This document shows positions 28,045 through 39,577 of a stretch of 64,000 bases of DNA, in pieces (position 1 is the first letter of the stretch; each line of letters begins with the position of its first letter). The position numbers and the translations under genes were made by a program. The DNA is taken from contig OX597814.1 in the NCBI GenBank assembly GCA_951406725.2, forward strand, positions 116,436,001 to 116,500,000, given 5' to 3'. The DNA is from Octopus vulgaris (Eukaryota). The notes beneath the pieces were generated by a model, which did no database searches, was not told the DNA's origin, and was given only the letters and a program-made list of their open reading frames with translations.

Positions 28045-28186
28045 TTTGTAATATTGGTAATACTATATGAACTATGATAAAAAAGAACTGGGAGAGAATT
28101 GATAGCGGCTACTAAGAAAGATAAAGAAAAATCTATGAAATTTAACGTTTATCTTTTACTAGTTTTCAGAAATTGGACTGCAGTCA

Positions 28187-28260
<74 letters not shown>

Positions 28261-28417
28261 GTGTGTGTGTGGCGTAATCCATGAAGGGTTTTAATCGAAC
28301 AAATCGATTCCAGTATTTATTTTCCCATTCTGGTCTGGTACTCTGGCAATTGCCCCAGCTCCCCTTCAGGGTTGGCGAAAGTGATGAGGTAGACAACAAA
28401 AAATCTGGCTGCTGACA

Positions 28418-28615
28418 GTCAAGGCTGATCTGGAACACAACCTAGGCTCCCATGTCTACGGCGTTCGGCGCTGGAATAAGGAGTGTTTGGAGATCATGCG
28501 GTCGTTAGTCTTAAATCGCCAGGTCTGGTCGGCGTTTGTGAGAGATGCAACATTGAGGATGAATGAAGCCAGCTCAACCCACGCCGGGTGAATTCTGTCT
28601 CAAGAACAAGAAGAA
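28418..28615 (+). mobile_element. RTE-like LINE 3' end
   Basis: KADLEHNLGSHVYGVRRWNKECLEIMRSLVLNRQVWSAFVRDA..THAG* then CAAGAA repeats; resembles the RTE C-terminal 'A.DR..W...V' motif. Confidence 0.55.
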
Positions 28616-29295
28616 CTGGGCTAATGCTGGCCGAAACGTATTCTAGAGACAACACTACTTTTGAATTCTAGAGACAACTCTACTTCCTAAATTTCTGTAC
28701 AGGGATATAGACAACCTGGCTCCATCCTCCATTATCATCCCGAAGCGACAGGCAGGGTGTTTTGATACTGACAAGATAAAGTAGTACAAGGATATATTTC
28801 GAAGTCTCTTTGCGATACACATCATACACACAGCAGCGACCTTTACTAATTTTCAATAGTTATATATGCAATGGCTTCCATACTTATTCTGGCAGTTTCA
28901 AACATGAATTTTCTAATCGCTGGTGTATTGGTGTTTGTAAAAGGAGAAGAGCATCTCCTATACGACGAATGTGCATTTATAAAGCAGTCGATTTATTGGT
29001 AGAGGGATACTGGGACAGACCCTGTTTTCACATGTGTCTAGTCCGCCAAAAGCATCACCGATCAATGAATCTAACAAGCGCTAATGATTATGACCTTGTT
29101 TATAATTTCAAGCAAACAGTTCGCAAAAGAAAAAAGAAAAGAAAGAAATTAAAATAACCATCACTCATTTCTGATATAGAGAATAAATCTCATAAAACAT
29201 TTCCCGAAGAAATCTGAGAAAATGTTGGAAGTGGTTAGAAATGGTAAGCTAACTACCCGAATCGAAAGTTATTCAACAGCTTTCAATTCAGGCAC

Positions 29296-29728
29296 TCTCT
29301 TTTACTTGTTTCAGTCATTTGACTGCGGCCATGCTTGAGCCCCGCCTTTAGTCGAGCAAATGGACCCCAGGACTTATTCTTTGTAAGCCTAGTACTTATT
29401 CCATCGGTCTCTTTTGCCGAACCGCTAGGTTACGGGGGCGTAAACACAGCAGCATCGCTTGTCACTCGACGTTGGGGGGACAAACACAGACACACAAACA
29501 CACACACACATACACACACACATACACACACACGCACACACACGCATATATATATGTATATACGACGGGCTTTTTTCAGTTTCCCTCAACCAAATCCACT
29601 CACAAGGCTTTGGTCTGCCCGAGGCTATAGTAGAAGACACTTGCCCAAGGTGCCACTCAGTGGGACTGAACCCGGAACCATGTGGTTCGTAAGCAAGCTA
29701 CTTACCACACAGCCACTCCTGTGCCTAT
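29296..29728 (-). mobile_element. SINE family A, full length
   Basis: complete head-to-tail match to other copies. Confidence 0.9.
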
Positions 29729-29880
29729 AATGTACACAAATTGAAACATTTCAAACCATATTATATATAAGTTGTGAGGCTGCAACCCAGAAACAAAAAA
29801 ATATATCTTTAATGCATATGATTTTCTGTACATGTCACAGCGAGTTGGTAGAATCATTACTATATCGGACAATACATACA

Positions 29881-30466
29881 TATTTCTTTATTGCCTACAA
29901 GGGACTAAACACAGAGGGGAAAAACAAAGGGATTAAGTCAATTACATCGACCCCAGTGCGTAAGTGGTTCTTATTTAATCGACTCCGAGAGGATGAAAGG
30001 CAAAGTCGACCTCGGCGGAATTTGAACCCAGAACCTAACGGCAGACGATCACCTATTTCTTTATTACCCACAAGGGGATAAACATAGAGCGGACAAACAA
30101 AGACAGACAAAGGTATTAAGTCGATTACATCGACCCTAGTGCGTAAATGGTACTTAATTTATCGACCCCGAAAGGATGAAAGGTTAAGTCGACCTCGGCG
30201 GAATTTGAACTCAGAACGTAGCGGCAGACGAAATACCTATTTCTTTACTACCCATAAGGGGCTAAACACAGAGGGGACAAACAAGGACAGAAAAAGGTAT
30301 TAAGTCGATTACATCGACCCCAGAGCATAACTGGTACTTATTTAATCGACTCCGAAAGGATGAAAGGCAAAGTCGACCTCGGCGGAATTTGAACTCAGAA
30401 CGTAGCGGCAGACGAACTACCGCTAAGCATTTCGCCCATCATGCTAACGATTCTGCCAGCTCGCCG
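29881..30466 (-). mobile_element. SINE family B with triplicated 3' body and 16-bp TSD
   Basis: Three ~180-bp units; TSD TCGGACAATACATACA at 29865-29880 and 30467-30482. Confidence 0.9.
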
Positions 30467-30661
30467 TCGGACAATACATACAGACAAATTTTTCAGTGCT
30501 TTACGTTCTGAGTTCAAATGTTGCCGAGTTTAACTTTGATTTTATCTATTCGTGGTCTATAAAATAAGTACCAGTGAAGAATTGTAGATATAATCAACTA
30601 TCACCTCCCAGCAAGGTTCAGGCTTTTCACTTAGAGTATCCGTTAAATACACACACACACG

Positions 30662-30746
<85 letters not shown>

Positions 30747-30747
<1 letters not shown>

Positions 30748-30925
30748 GGGAGAATTCACGAAAAAAAACAAAAGACGAAGACAGGTGGTGTAGAAAAGAA
30801 ACAGATGTATTAGTATAACGCTCAGGAATAGAAAAAGTCTTTTACTTTTCGAGCCACAGGAAGGAACACAGAAAGAAACAAGGAGAGAAAAAAATGTGTT
30901 GTGGCTACCGATCTACCATGGCAAC
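30747..30925 (-). mobile_element. solo PLE terminus with the hammerhead core deleted
   Basis: Matches 13960-14148 but lacks the stem II/CUG segment. Confidence 0.75.
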
Positions 30926-31443
30926 TGATACATATATATAAGAACCGGGTGTTTTGATTTACATGTTTTCCTACAAAAAATAAAAAGAAATTCACCCAAA
31001 ATCTGCTGCGCATTATACAAGTCAAATATTATCGAAAACATGTAGATCGAAATGAATCGACTTGAGAACAGATGAATAGAAAAATAATTAGTTGTGGAAT
31101 TCACAAAAGAAAAAAACGTAAACAAGATCAGAGTTATAATGAAATTTAGTATCAGCTTCTTACTTTCTGATCAAACAGTAACTAGTTTCTTGTGATGATA
31201 TTGAAGCTAAATACCGTTTGAACCATGGAATCTATACTGATTTAATAACCTACAGAAAAGGAAAAAAAAGATCTATGAAAAATAGGGAAAAACTTTTAAA
31301 CATAATTTTTTTCTTGGTTTTCTAAAAAATAGAAATTGATTACACTGAAGTAGTAAAGTCGTAGAAGAAAATGCGGAATATGATATCGAATAAAGAATTC
31401 CTAGATCCTCATGAATTTTTATAAAGCTGGAAGAAATAATTGA

Positions 31444-31859
31444 GATCTTTTCGGTTTGAAAGGCAGTTTTTTTCTAGCGGTGTCATATGAAATTGTCACC
31501 CATAACTATGACTCTAGTATCGATCTATTACATTTCAATCTATTTTAGGGTAGGGTTAGTAAGGGTTAGTTAGGGTTAAGGTTAGGGTTAGAGGTGGGGG
31601 GAAGGGTATCTTTCTTTTCTTCACAAATGTAAATAAACCCAATCTGTTTCTTAAACGAGGGACATATTCATACGGCACAGAATATTTTTTTACCTCAATA
31701 GACATCAGTGATTGGTTGAAATTGCAGAAATTAAAGAAAAAAAATCAACAAATATGTTACAAACTATAGAATTTTCTCAATAAACACATTCTACCAGTAT
31801 ACGAAGTTAAAAATTTTTTAGTTACCTAGAAAAAAACTGCCGTTCAAACCGAAAGGATC
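31444..31859. mobile_element. MITE with ~34-bp TIRs and internal TTAGGG-like repeats
   Basis: GATCTTTTCGGTTTGAAAGGCAGTTTTTTTCTAG ... CTAGAAAAAAACTGCCGTTCAAACCGAAAGGATC; AATAATT on both flanks; TTAGGG variants at 31545-31591. Confidence 0.8.
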
Positions 31860-32544
31860 CAATAATTGATATAATACATGCCGCTCAGTGCTACGCAGTT
31901 TTAAGACGCACATTTAAATTGGAAATTAAGAAAAAATACTTTTCATACGATTAAACTAATGTAGAATTGAAGGGCTTCTCGTGTAACATCTTGCATGGCT
32001 TTAACATTTAGACAAGTACAGTTGTGCTAAGAATCGATGGAGCCTCGATAATGGGATCGTTTATGAGTGACGTTCAAGTAAAGGAAAGCGTATCTTCAAT
32101 ATTAAGTACCTATCATTATTTTGGCAAGCTGAGTCTTTTCTATTTTAGTTAGTAAAGTACATGCTTGTCTGTTTATACGATCCTTTTCAAGATACTTAAG
32201 GTTTCGCTTAATTTTCGGTCACGCGTAAAATGAAGGCAGCAGGACATAAAATCCCAATTCAAAGCTTGTTCATGTGATTTTATGTTATATTGCTCAACGT
32301 AGGTTTTCCAACAAGATTAATTGCAGTATGTTACTGTGGGACTGAGATAAATTAGTGAAGGAGATGCATGTTATAACTAGTGGATGAAAGAGTGAAAATA
32401 CTTTCGTATAGTATATGATAAAATTTTCATTGAAACTGGTATATTCTCCAACATCTTGCATATTACAGTTCTATATTTAAGAGATGAGAAATTATGTACA
32501 TTATTTACACTTGGCGGATATTTGTCCTCATATAGTTTGTTGTT

Positions 32545-32590
32545 AACACAACGTTTCGGCTGATATACCCTCCAGCCTTCATCAGGTGTC
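32545..32590 (-). ncRNA. type-I hammerhead ribozyme (canonical core)
   Basis: Minus strand GACAC-CTGATGA-A-GGCTG-(10)-CAGCC-GAAACGTT-GTGTT: stems I and II intact, palindromic ACGT helix III. Confidence 0.8.
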
Positions 32591-32662
32591 TTGGGGAAAT
32601 TTCGAACCTGGGTTCTCATTCCTAAGGTATTTTTCAATGTTATTATTATTATTATTATTATT

Positions 32663-33013
32663 GAGTGAGAGAGCAGTTCATGCCATCAAAGTGACACTGG
32701 GGTAAAATATACGAAGCCCAGTATACCAATCATGACTACCCGTCTGATAAAGGTACACCAGGCACATGCATCACAACCATATGTGCGCGACATGGTGATC
32801 TCATATCAAGATAAACAGCACATGACCTTGCAGGTGGGGCCCAGTTAGAATTTTCTTCCGGTTGAGTAGCCCATCCCGCTCAAACGGTCCCTGAATAAGG
32901 GTTGTTTAAGGATGTTGAAAGAACCACCCATGTTTCCAGAGGTGAACTATTCAAACCCCAAAGAATCCCTCTCAACACATGGCTATGATGCTCCCCCACT
33001 ACTTCTGCTCGTG
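32663..33013 (-). mobile_element. element X, 5'-truncated, in (TTA)n
   Basis: homologous to ~22320-22646. Confidence 0.7.
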
Positions 33014-33064
<51 letters not shown>

Positions 33065-33098
33065 ATTATTATTATTATTATTATCATCATCATCATCA

Positions 33099-33136
<38 letters not shown>

Positions 33137-33139
<3 letters not shown>

Positions 33140-34102
33140 TAGTTTTATTTTTATTTTTATAGCGTGCTTTCACTTCACTACCGAGCACAGCTCTGTGTGC
33201 CTTGGGTTTGTGCTATGATTTGTTGTGATGCTCTGATGGTTATTGTATGGAAAGTGTTCTGCGTAGGATGTGTGCAGTGCCCAGTAGTGCAATTTTCTGT
33301 ATGTTATATGTGTTTGTAAGTCCTGGTGTTTTTGTTATGTATTTGTCTGAATATTTTTTTATCATGCCTAATGCACCTACTATGATAGGAATTGTTTCTG
33401 TTTTCAGATTCCACATTCTAGTTACCTCTATTTCCAGGTCTTTGTATTTTGAGAGTTTCTCCATTTCTTTTAGAGATACGTTGTCATCTGCCGGTACTGA
33501 TACATCAATTAGAAAGCATTTTTTTCTTCATGGTCTCTGACAACTATATCTGGTCTGTTGGCCTTAATTTCTCTATCTGTGTGTATCGGCATATCCCAGA
33601 GTATGGTTGCTTTCTCGTTTTCTGTGACCTTTTCTGGTGTGTGCCTATACCATCTTTTTTCTGTTGTTATTCCATAATGTTGGCATAGCTTCCAATGTAT
33701 GTAAGTTCCAACTCTGTCATGTCTGTGAATATATTCCTTCTTAGCCAGGACTGGGCAGCTAGAGATAATATGATTTATTGTTTCTTGTCCATCTCCACAT
33801 ATTCTGCAGTTACTTGTAATATTTCTTTTCATTACATGTTTTTGGTAATTTCTGGTGGGGAGGCTTTGGTCTTGTGCTGCAATTAAAAATCCCTCTGTTT
33901 CTGCTTTGAGTCCTGAGCTTCTCAACCATTGCTGGGATTTTTCTTTGTCTATTTCTTTTGCGTTTAGTTTAGTCCAGTATTTACCATGAAGGGGCTTTTC
34001 TTGCCATCGTTTTATCATGGTTCTTTGCTGTTCTATTTTTAGTTTGGATTTCATTTTTTTTATAGCTTTTGTTGTTTCTTCATCTTCTTCTTCTTCTTCA
34101 TG
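33137..34102 (-). mobile_element. 5'-truncated R4/Dong-like REL LINE (family B), one frameshift
   Basis: ORFs 33509-34054 and 33240-33464: CRIC..ETINHIISSC, RHD, RPDIVV..D..K..KY restriction-like endonuclease; (TTA)n on both sides. Confidence 0.92.
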
Positions 34103-34197
<95 letters not shown>

Positions 34198-34293
34198 CAT
34201 TATTCAGGTAACTGCCTGAAATCTAACTCAGAATCTTGGGGTTAGTTGCCCACGAGTAGATGGCGTAGTGGTTAAGAGTTCCAGGCAGTGACA

Positions 34294-34364
<71 letters not shown>

Positions 34365-34365
34365 T

Positions 34366-35530
34366 GGACTGGCCAAATATCGCGAAATATCGAATGACTG
34401 GATGCTAAAGCTCGTGGAAAATCACGAGAGACGAAAGAAGCTTCATTCTATCACAAAGGAAAGCAAAAAATTTGCTATTGATCTCGTGCAGGATACCCAA
34501 ACTGAACAACCCGAGGGAAGTACGGCAACTATTGTTGCAAAGAAGGTGAAAATGATGGCAATGAAAAAAGCGCACGAGCAATTGGCTGATAGGTGGGAGG
34601 AGAAACCTCTGCACGGCAAATATGTGACCCGCAGCAAACAAGCTGATGTTGACCAGAAGCAAACCCATCAGTGGCTACGGAGCTCAGGGCTAAAAGCAGA
34701 GAGCGAAGGTTTCATCCTGGCTGCTCAAGATCAAAGCCTATTAACCCGGAACTACCAGGCCAATGTGATGAAAAATGGAGCAGACCCAAAATGCCGATTC
34801 TGCAACGACATGATTGAAACAGTGGACCACCTAATCTCTGGATGTAAAGTCTTAGCACCAGTGGAGTATAAATTAAGACATGACAGAGTTGGCCAATATC
34901 TCCACTGGCTAATAAGTCGGCATTACAATATCAAAACTGCCGACAAGTGGTATAATCACCACCCTGAGGCTGTAACTGAAGGAGAAAATGTAACGATTCT
35001 GTGGGACTTTCCAGTACATACAGACCGAACCATCAAGGCCAATAAACCAGATATTGTTGTGAAAGACCAAAACAATAAAGTTTGCTTATTGATCGACATG
35101 AGCATCCCCTGTGATCATAATATCTCAGCGAAAGAGTTTGACAAGCTCAGAAAATATAAAGACCTACTCATTGAAATTGAGAAAATGTGGCATCTCAAGG
35201 CGGTTACAATACCAGTGATCGTAGGAGCACTAGGAATGATCAAGAAGGGAACCGAAAATTATATGAGAATGATCCCTGGCTTACCATCCCTGCGAGAAGT
35301 GCAAAATATTGTCTTAACTGGTACATCTCACGTATTGAGAAGAGCATTGTCGATGTGAGAACTGTTGCTGCTCATGTATTTTAATTTAACTTTAAAAAAA
35401 AAAAAAAATGAACGAACTACTGAGTTTAGTTTAATGGCCTACCAATGTATACTATGAGTTTCTTTGCCCTAGGAGTCGGGAAGACACTCGGCAAGAAATG
35501 GAAGCAAATTTGAAAGAAGAAAAAAAAAAG
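34366..35530 (+). mobile_element. 5'-truncated R4/Dong-like REL LINE (family C)
   Basis: Contains the intact C-terminal ORF 34402-35358; (TAA)n on both sides. Confidence 0.92.
34402..35358 (+). CDS. C-terminal fragment of non-LTR retrotransposon protein (CCHC zinc knuckle + REL endonuclease)
   Basis: CRFC..ETVDHLISGC, YKLRHDRV, KPDIVV, LIDMSIP, KLRKYKDL; 318 aa open, RT absent. Confidence 0.85.
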   Translation: MLKLVENHERRKKLHSITKESKKFAIDLVQDTQTEQPEGSTATIVAKKVKMMAMKKAHEQLADRWEEKPLHGKYVTRSKQADVDQKQTHQWLRSSGLKAESEGFILAAQDQSLLTRNYQANVMKNGADPKCRFCNDMIETVDHLISGCKVLAPVEYKLRHDRVGQYLHWLISRHYNIKTADKWYNHHPEAVTEGENVTILWDFPVHTDRTIKANKPDIVVKDQNNKVCLLIDMSIPCDHNISAKEFDKLRKYKDLLIEIEKMWHLKAVTIPVIVGALGMIKKGTENYMRMIPGLPSLREVQNIVLTGTSHVLRRALSM

Positions 35531-35609
35531 TAATAATAATAATAATAATAATAATATCAACATAGAAAAATACCTTAGGAATGAGTTCTCAGGTTCGAAA
35601 TTTTCCGAA

Positions 35610-35655
35610 GACACCTGATGAAGGCAGGAGGGTATATCAGCCGAAACGTTATGTT
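35610..35655 (+). ncRNA. type-I hammerhead ribozyme (two stem mismatches)
   Basis: GACAC-CTGATGA-A-GGCAG-(10)-CAGCC-GAAACGTT-ATGTT. Confidence 0.7.
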
Positions 35656-35964
35656 AACAACAAACAAGATGAGGACAAATATCCGTCAAATGTAAATAAT
35701 GTATCTTGCATTTTGCATTGAAAGCATCAACGAAGCAGCGATTTTGTTTAAGGAACTGCGTACATGATTAGATGAAATGTTAGTGAGCTTTAAAATATGT
35801 TGCATAGAAAATAACTCGACAGAAGCTAAAGGTCGTAGAAAATGTCCAATTAAAATTGAAAGGGAAATATGCAGCTTCTTCTTCGGTGAGATATAAAAGC
35901 ATATTGAGGGAACTGTTTTCACAATACATAAGATATAAACTGTCATAGATGTGTTAAAAATCTA

Positions 35965-36300
35965 ATTTTGCAACCATGTGGTATTAGATTCCGTACCAAT
36001 AGGCAGCGCCATCGGTAAGTGCATTCTACTACCGCTTCAGGCTGACAAGTGCTTTGTGAGTGAATTTGGTAGATAGAAATTCTAAGGAAGCCGGTCCAAT
36101 ATGTGTGTTACATGTTTGTATGTGTCTTTATGCCTGTTTCTGTAGCACTTGACAACCGGTGTGTTTATACTCATGTAATTTAGCGATACGCAAAACCAAC
36201 TGATATATTAATTACCAAAAGCCAAAATATGTATTTAAGTCGATTTGTTTCACTAAATCCCTTAACACGGTTGCCCCAGTATGGCTGGAGTCCAAAGACT
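35965..36300 (+). mobile_element. SINE family A, old diverged copy
   Basis: CTTTGTGAGTGAATTTGGTAGA..CTTGACAACCGGTGTGTTTA..CCCCAGTATGGC. Confidence 0.65.
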
Positions 36301-36626
36301 TTCATTAATTGATATGTAGAACATTCTAAAAACTGAACTATGCTGTGTGAGGGGAAGCGTACATAAGAACTTTGATCTCATAAAACTAAAAACTAATTTA
36401 TCTGAAATTTATAACGCCGAAGCATTCCGAGATAAATCAAAATCCCTTAAGTGAATCGCTTGTTTCTTTCTTATTCCAAAATGAAATTGGAACCGAATCA
36501 ACGTTCAGAGAATCCTTGATATGCCGGATTTCTTATAATCACCTTTACATACATACTTACATGTAAATATCTGTATATGTGTTTATTTATATATACACAT
36601 GTATATGTATATATATATATGTATAT

Positions 36627-36671
<45 letters not shown>

Positions 36672-36675
36672 CACA

Positions 36676-36725
<50 letters not shown>

Positions 36726-36864
36726 ACATATATATATATGTGTGTGTATATGTATATATATATATAACGGGAAGCTTTATGAAAATAAACAAAAGACGAA
36801 GGCAGGTGGAAAACAAACGAACAATTGTATTAGTATGGCGCTCAGGAAATATAAATAAAACAAG

Positions 36865-36902
36865 TCTTTAACGTTTCGAGCCTACGCTCTTCAACAGAAA
36901 GA
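36865..36902 (-). ncRNA. hammerhead-like motif with U6 core variant (CUGUUGA)
   Basis: Minus strand TCTTT-CTGTTGA-A-GAGC-gtag-GCTC-GAAACGTT-AAAGA. Confidence 0.6.
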
Positions 36903-37134
36903 TACACAGAGAGAGAAAAACACAGAAAGAAGGAGAGAAAAAAATGCGTGCAGTAGCTAACGAATCAACATGGCAATCTGATTTCGGCCAGAGGTCAAAG
37001 ATCAAACATGAGACGCGAGAGCGAAATAAGGGGAGATAATAGGGTTGATAAATGGGTTGAGGGACCAGCTAAAAGTGCGTGGGAGGGGTCTGGATGTGTG
37101 TATGTATAGGGTTGGTGTATGTATTAGTATGTAT

Positions 37135-37175
<41 letters not shown>

Positions 37176-37774
37176 AGAGAGTATTAGTGCGTAAGATTGG
37201 TCTGGACGTGCGTATGTATGGGGTTGGTGTATGTATTAGTATGCATTAGTATGTATTAGTACGTATTGGTATGTATAGGTATGTGTGTGTGTGTGTGAGA
37301 GAGTATAAGTGCGTATGCGGGGTCTGGACGTGTGTATGTATAGGGTTGGTGTAAGTATTAGTATGTACTAGTATGTATTAGTACGTATTAGTATGTATTA
37401 GTTGGTGTGTGTATTAGTATGGCACATCATATGTGATGTGATGTGTAAAGTCATGTGGTGTAGTGAGGAGAAGAGGGGGAGGGGGAGAAGAGGGGGAGAA
37501 GAGGGGGAGGGGGAGAAGAGGGGGAGAAGGGGAGGGGAAGAAGAGGGGGAGGAGAAGGGGAAGAGGAGAGGATGGGGGAGAAGGAAGGGGAGGATGGGGA
37601 TGAAGGAGGAAAGAGGGAGAGGGGAGAGAGGGAGTGAGGGAGCAGAGGGAAGGGGAAGAGGGAGGGAGAAAGAGGGAAGAAGGGAAGGGAGTAGGGGTGA
37701 AAGGATGAAGGACTGAAGAAGTAGGGGTCGGGGGAGAAAGGATAGGTGAGGAGGGGGAGAGGGGGGTTAGATGA

Positions 37775-39577
37775 GGAGGGGGGAGAGTTGAGACCAAATG
37801 GCGTATAAGAGCGAAGAGAGAAGATTAATTCCTGTTCACGGCGCAAACGGGAATCCGGATGGCCTCTGTGTAAGGACAAACCGAACACAGATAGGTGTTT
37901 TAAGGAGTGACCGGTGGAGCAGAAATGGCGTGAGACCGGTGTGTCGTTCGCAAGGTGGATGTTACGAAGGTGTTCCGCGAACCGGTCAGCCAGCGGCGTC
38001 CCGTTTGTCCGATGTACAAGGAATTGCAGAGAGAGCAAGAGATGCAATAGATAATATTGCTGGAGGTGCAGGTGAAGGAGTGGATGATGGGATAGGGTCG
38101 ATGGTGGGTGCTAGTGAGGCGGGTGGTGTTGGAGAGGTAAGGGCAAGTGCGGCAACGTGGGCGGGAGCAGGGGAACGAGCCGGGTTGGGAGGTAGGGTCA
38201 GGGAAGGAGCTATGGACCAAAAGGTCTCGAAGGTTGTGGGCTCGTTTGAAAGAGGGGAGGGGTCGGTTAGGGAAGAGGTGTGAAATGGACGGGTCGGACT
38301 GGAGATGACGGAAAGCTCGAAGAATGGTGCGTTGGAGACGTAGGGTCGTGGGGTGGTAAGTGAGGGGAAAAGGGAGGCGGGAGACTACAGGGCGGGTTCG
38401 GGGAGAGAGAGCAGATACACGGTCCACGGATCGTGCTCTGGCAAGGGCGGTGTGGATAGTGGTGAGGGGGTATCCACGTAGGGTGAAGTGGTGAGCCATA
38501 CGTTGAGACTGAGTCTCAAAGTCATGGTCGTCACTACAGAGCCTACGTAGACGGAGGAATTGGGAATAGGGGATGGAAAGCTTGGTGTGTTCTGGGTGGG
38601 AGGAAGAGAAGTTGAGGTATGAGTGTGAGTCTGTGTGTTTGTAGTGAATGGAGGTGGTAAGAGTGGAGTGAAGAATGCTAACCGAAATGTCGAGGAAGGA
38701 GACAGAGGTGTTGGAGATAGTGGAAGTGAAGTAGAGGGCTGGATGGAAAGATTGGACGAAAGAGAGGAAGGAATCTAGATGTTCGCGGGAGAGTGAGGTG
38801 GCACCGATAATGTCGTCAATATAACGACCATATAGTTCAGGAGTGGGACCAGTGAAATTAGAGAATATTTGGGCCTCAACATAGCCAACGAACAGGTTCG
38901 CATAGTTGGGGCCCATTCGCGTTCCCATGGCCACTCCCGAGACCTGATGGTAGAACTCGCCCGCGAACGAGAAGCAGTTCAGAGTAAGGACAAGTTCGGC
39001 CAGATGAATGAGTGTGGAGGTGTCAGGTACAGGGTTAGGGCGGAGGTCAAGAAAGTGTCGAAGGGCCTGCAGTCCTTCGTGGTGAGGGATAACAGTATAG
39101 AGGCTTTGGATGTCCATAGTAAAAAGGATTTTGGAGGAGCCGGGAGGAAAGGAGAAAGAGTTGAAAAGCCGGAGAGCATGGTTGGTATCGTGGATGTGGG
39201 AGGGAAGAGATGCCACTAGGGGGCAAGGACACGGTCGAGGTATTTAGAGATGAGCTCCGTGGGGCAGTTACAGGCGGAGACGATGGGGCGGCCAGGGTTG
39301 TTGGGTTTGTGGATTTTGGGGAGGAAGTAAATGGTGGGGGTACGTGGGGTTCGCACAATTAGGTTGGATGCGGTGCGGGGGAGACGGGAGGACGAGATGA
39401 GGTCTTGGACGGTAGACGATACCGTTTGTTGGTAGCTACGTGTGGGGTTAGAGGGCAGAGGGGAATAGTAGGAGGTGTCATTGAGTTGGCGGAAGGCCTC
39501 GGCCCTATAGAGGTCCGCGCGCCACACCACTACAGCTCCACCCTTGTCAGCCGGTTTGATGATAATGTCAGCGCGCC

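Larger units (their letters stand above)
32470..35703. mobile_element. head-to-head palindromic tRNA-head/(TAA)n/hammerhead element with nested TAA-targeting insertions
   Basis: Tails 32495-32645(-) and 35555-35703(+) are inverted copies; heads 34203-34253(-) and 34255-34298(+) abut. Confidence 0.75.

Noticed and set aside
31545-31591. True telomere or chromosome fusion site
   Set aside because: Short, degenerate and enclosed within MITE TIRs.
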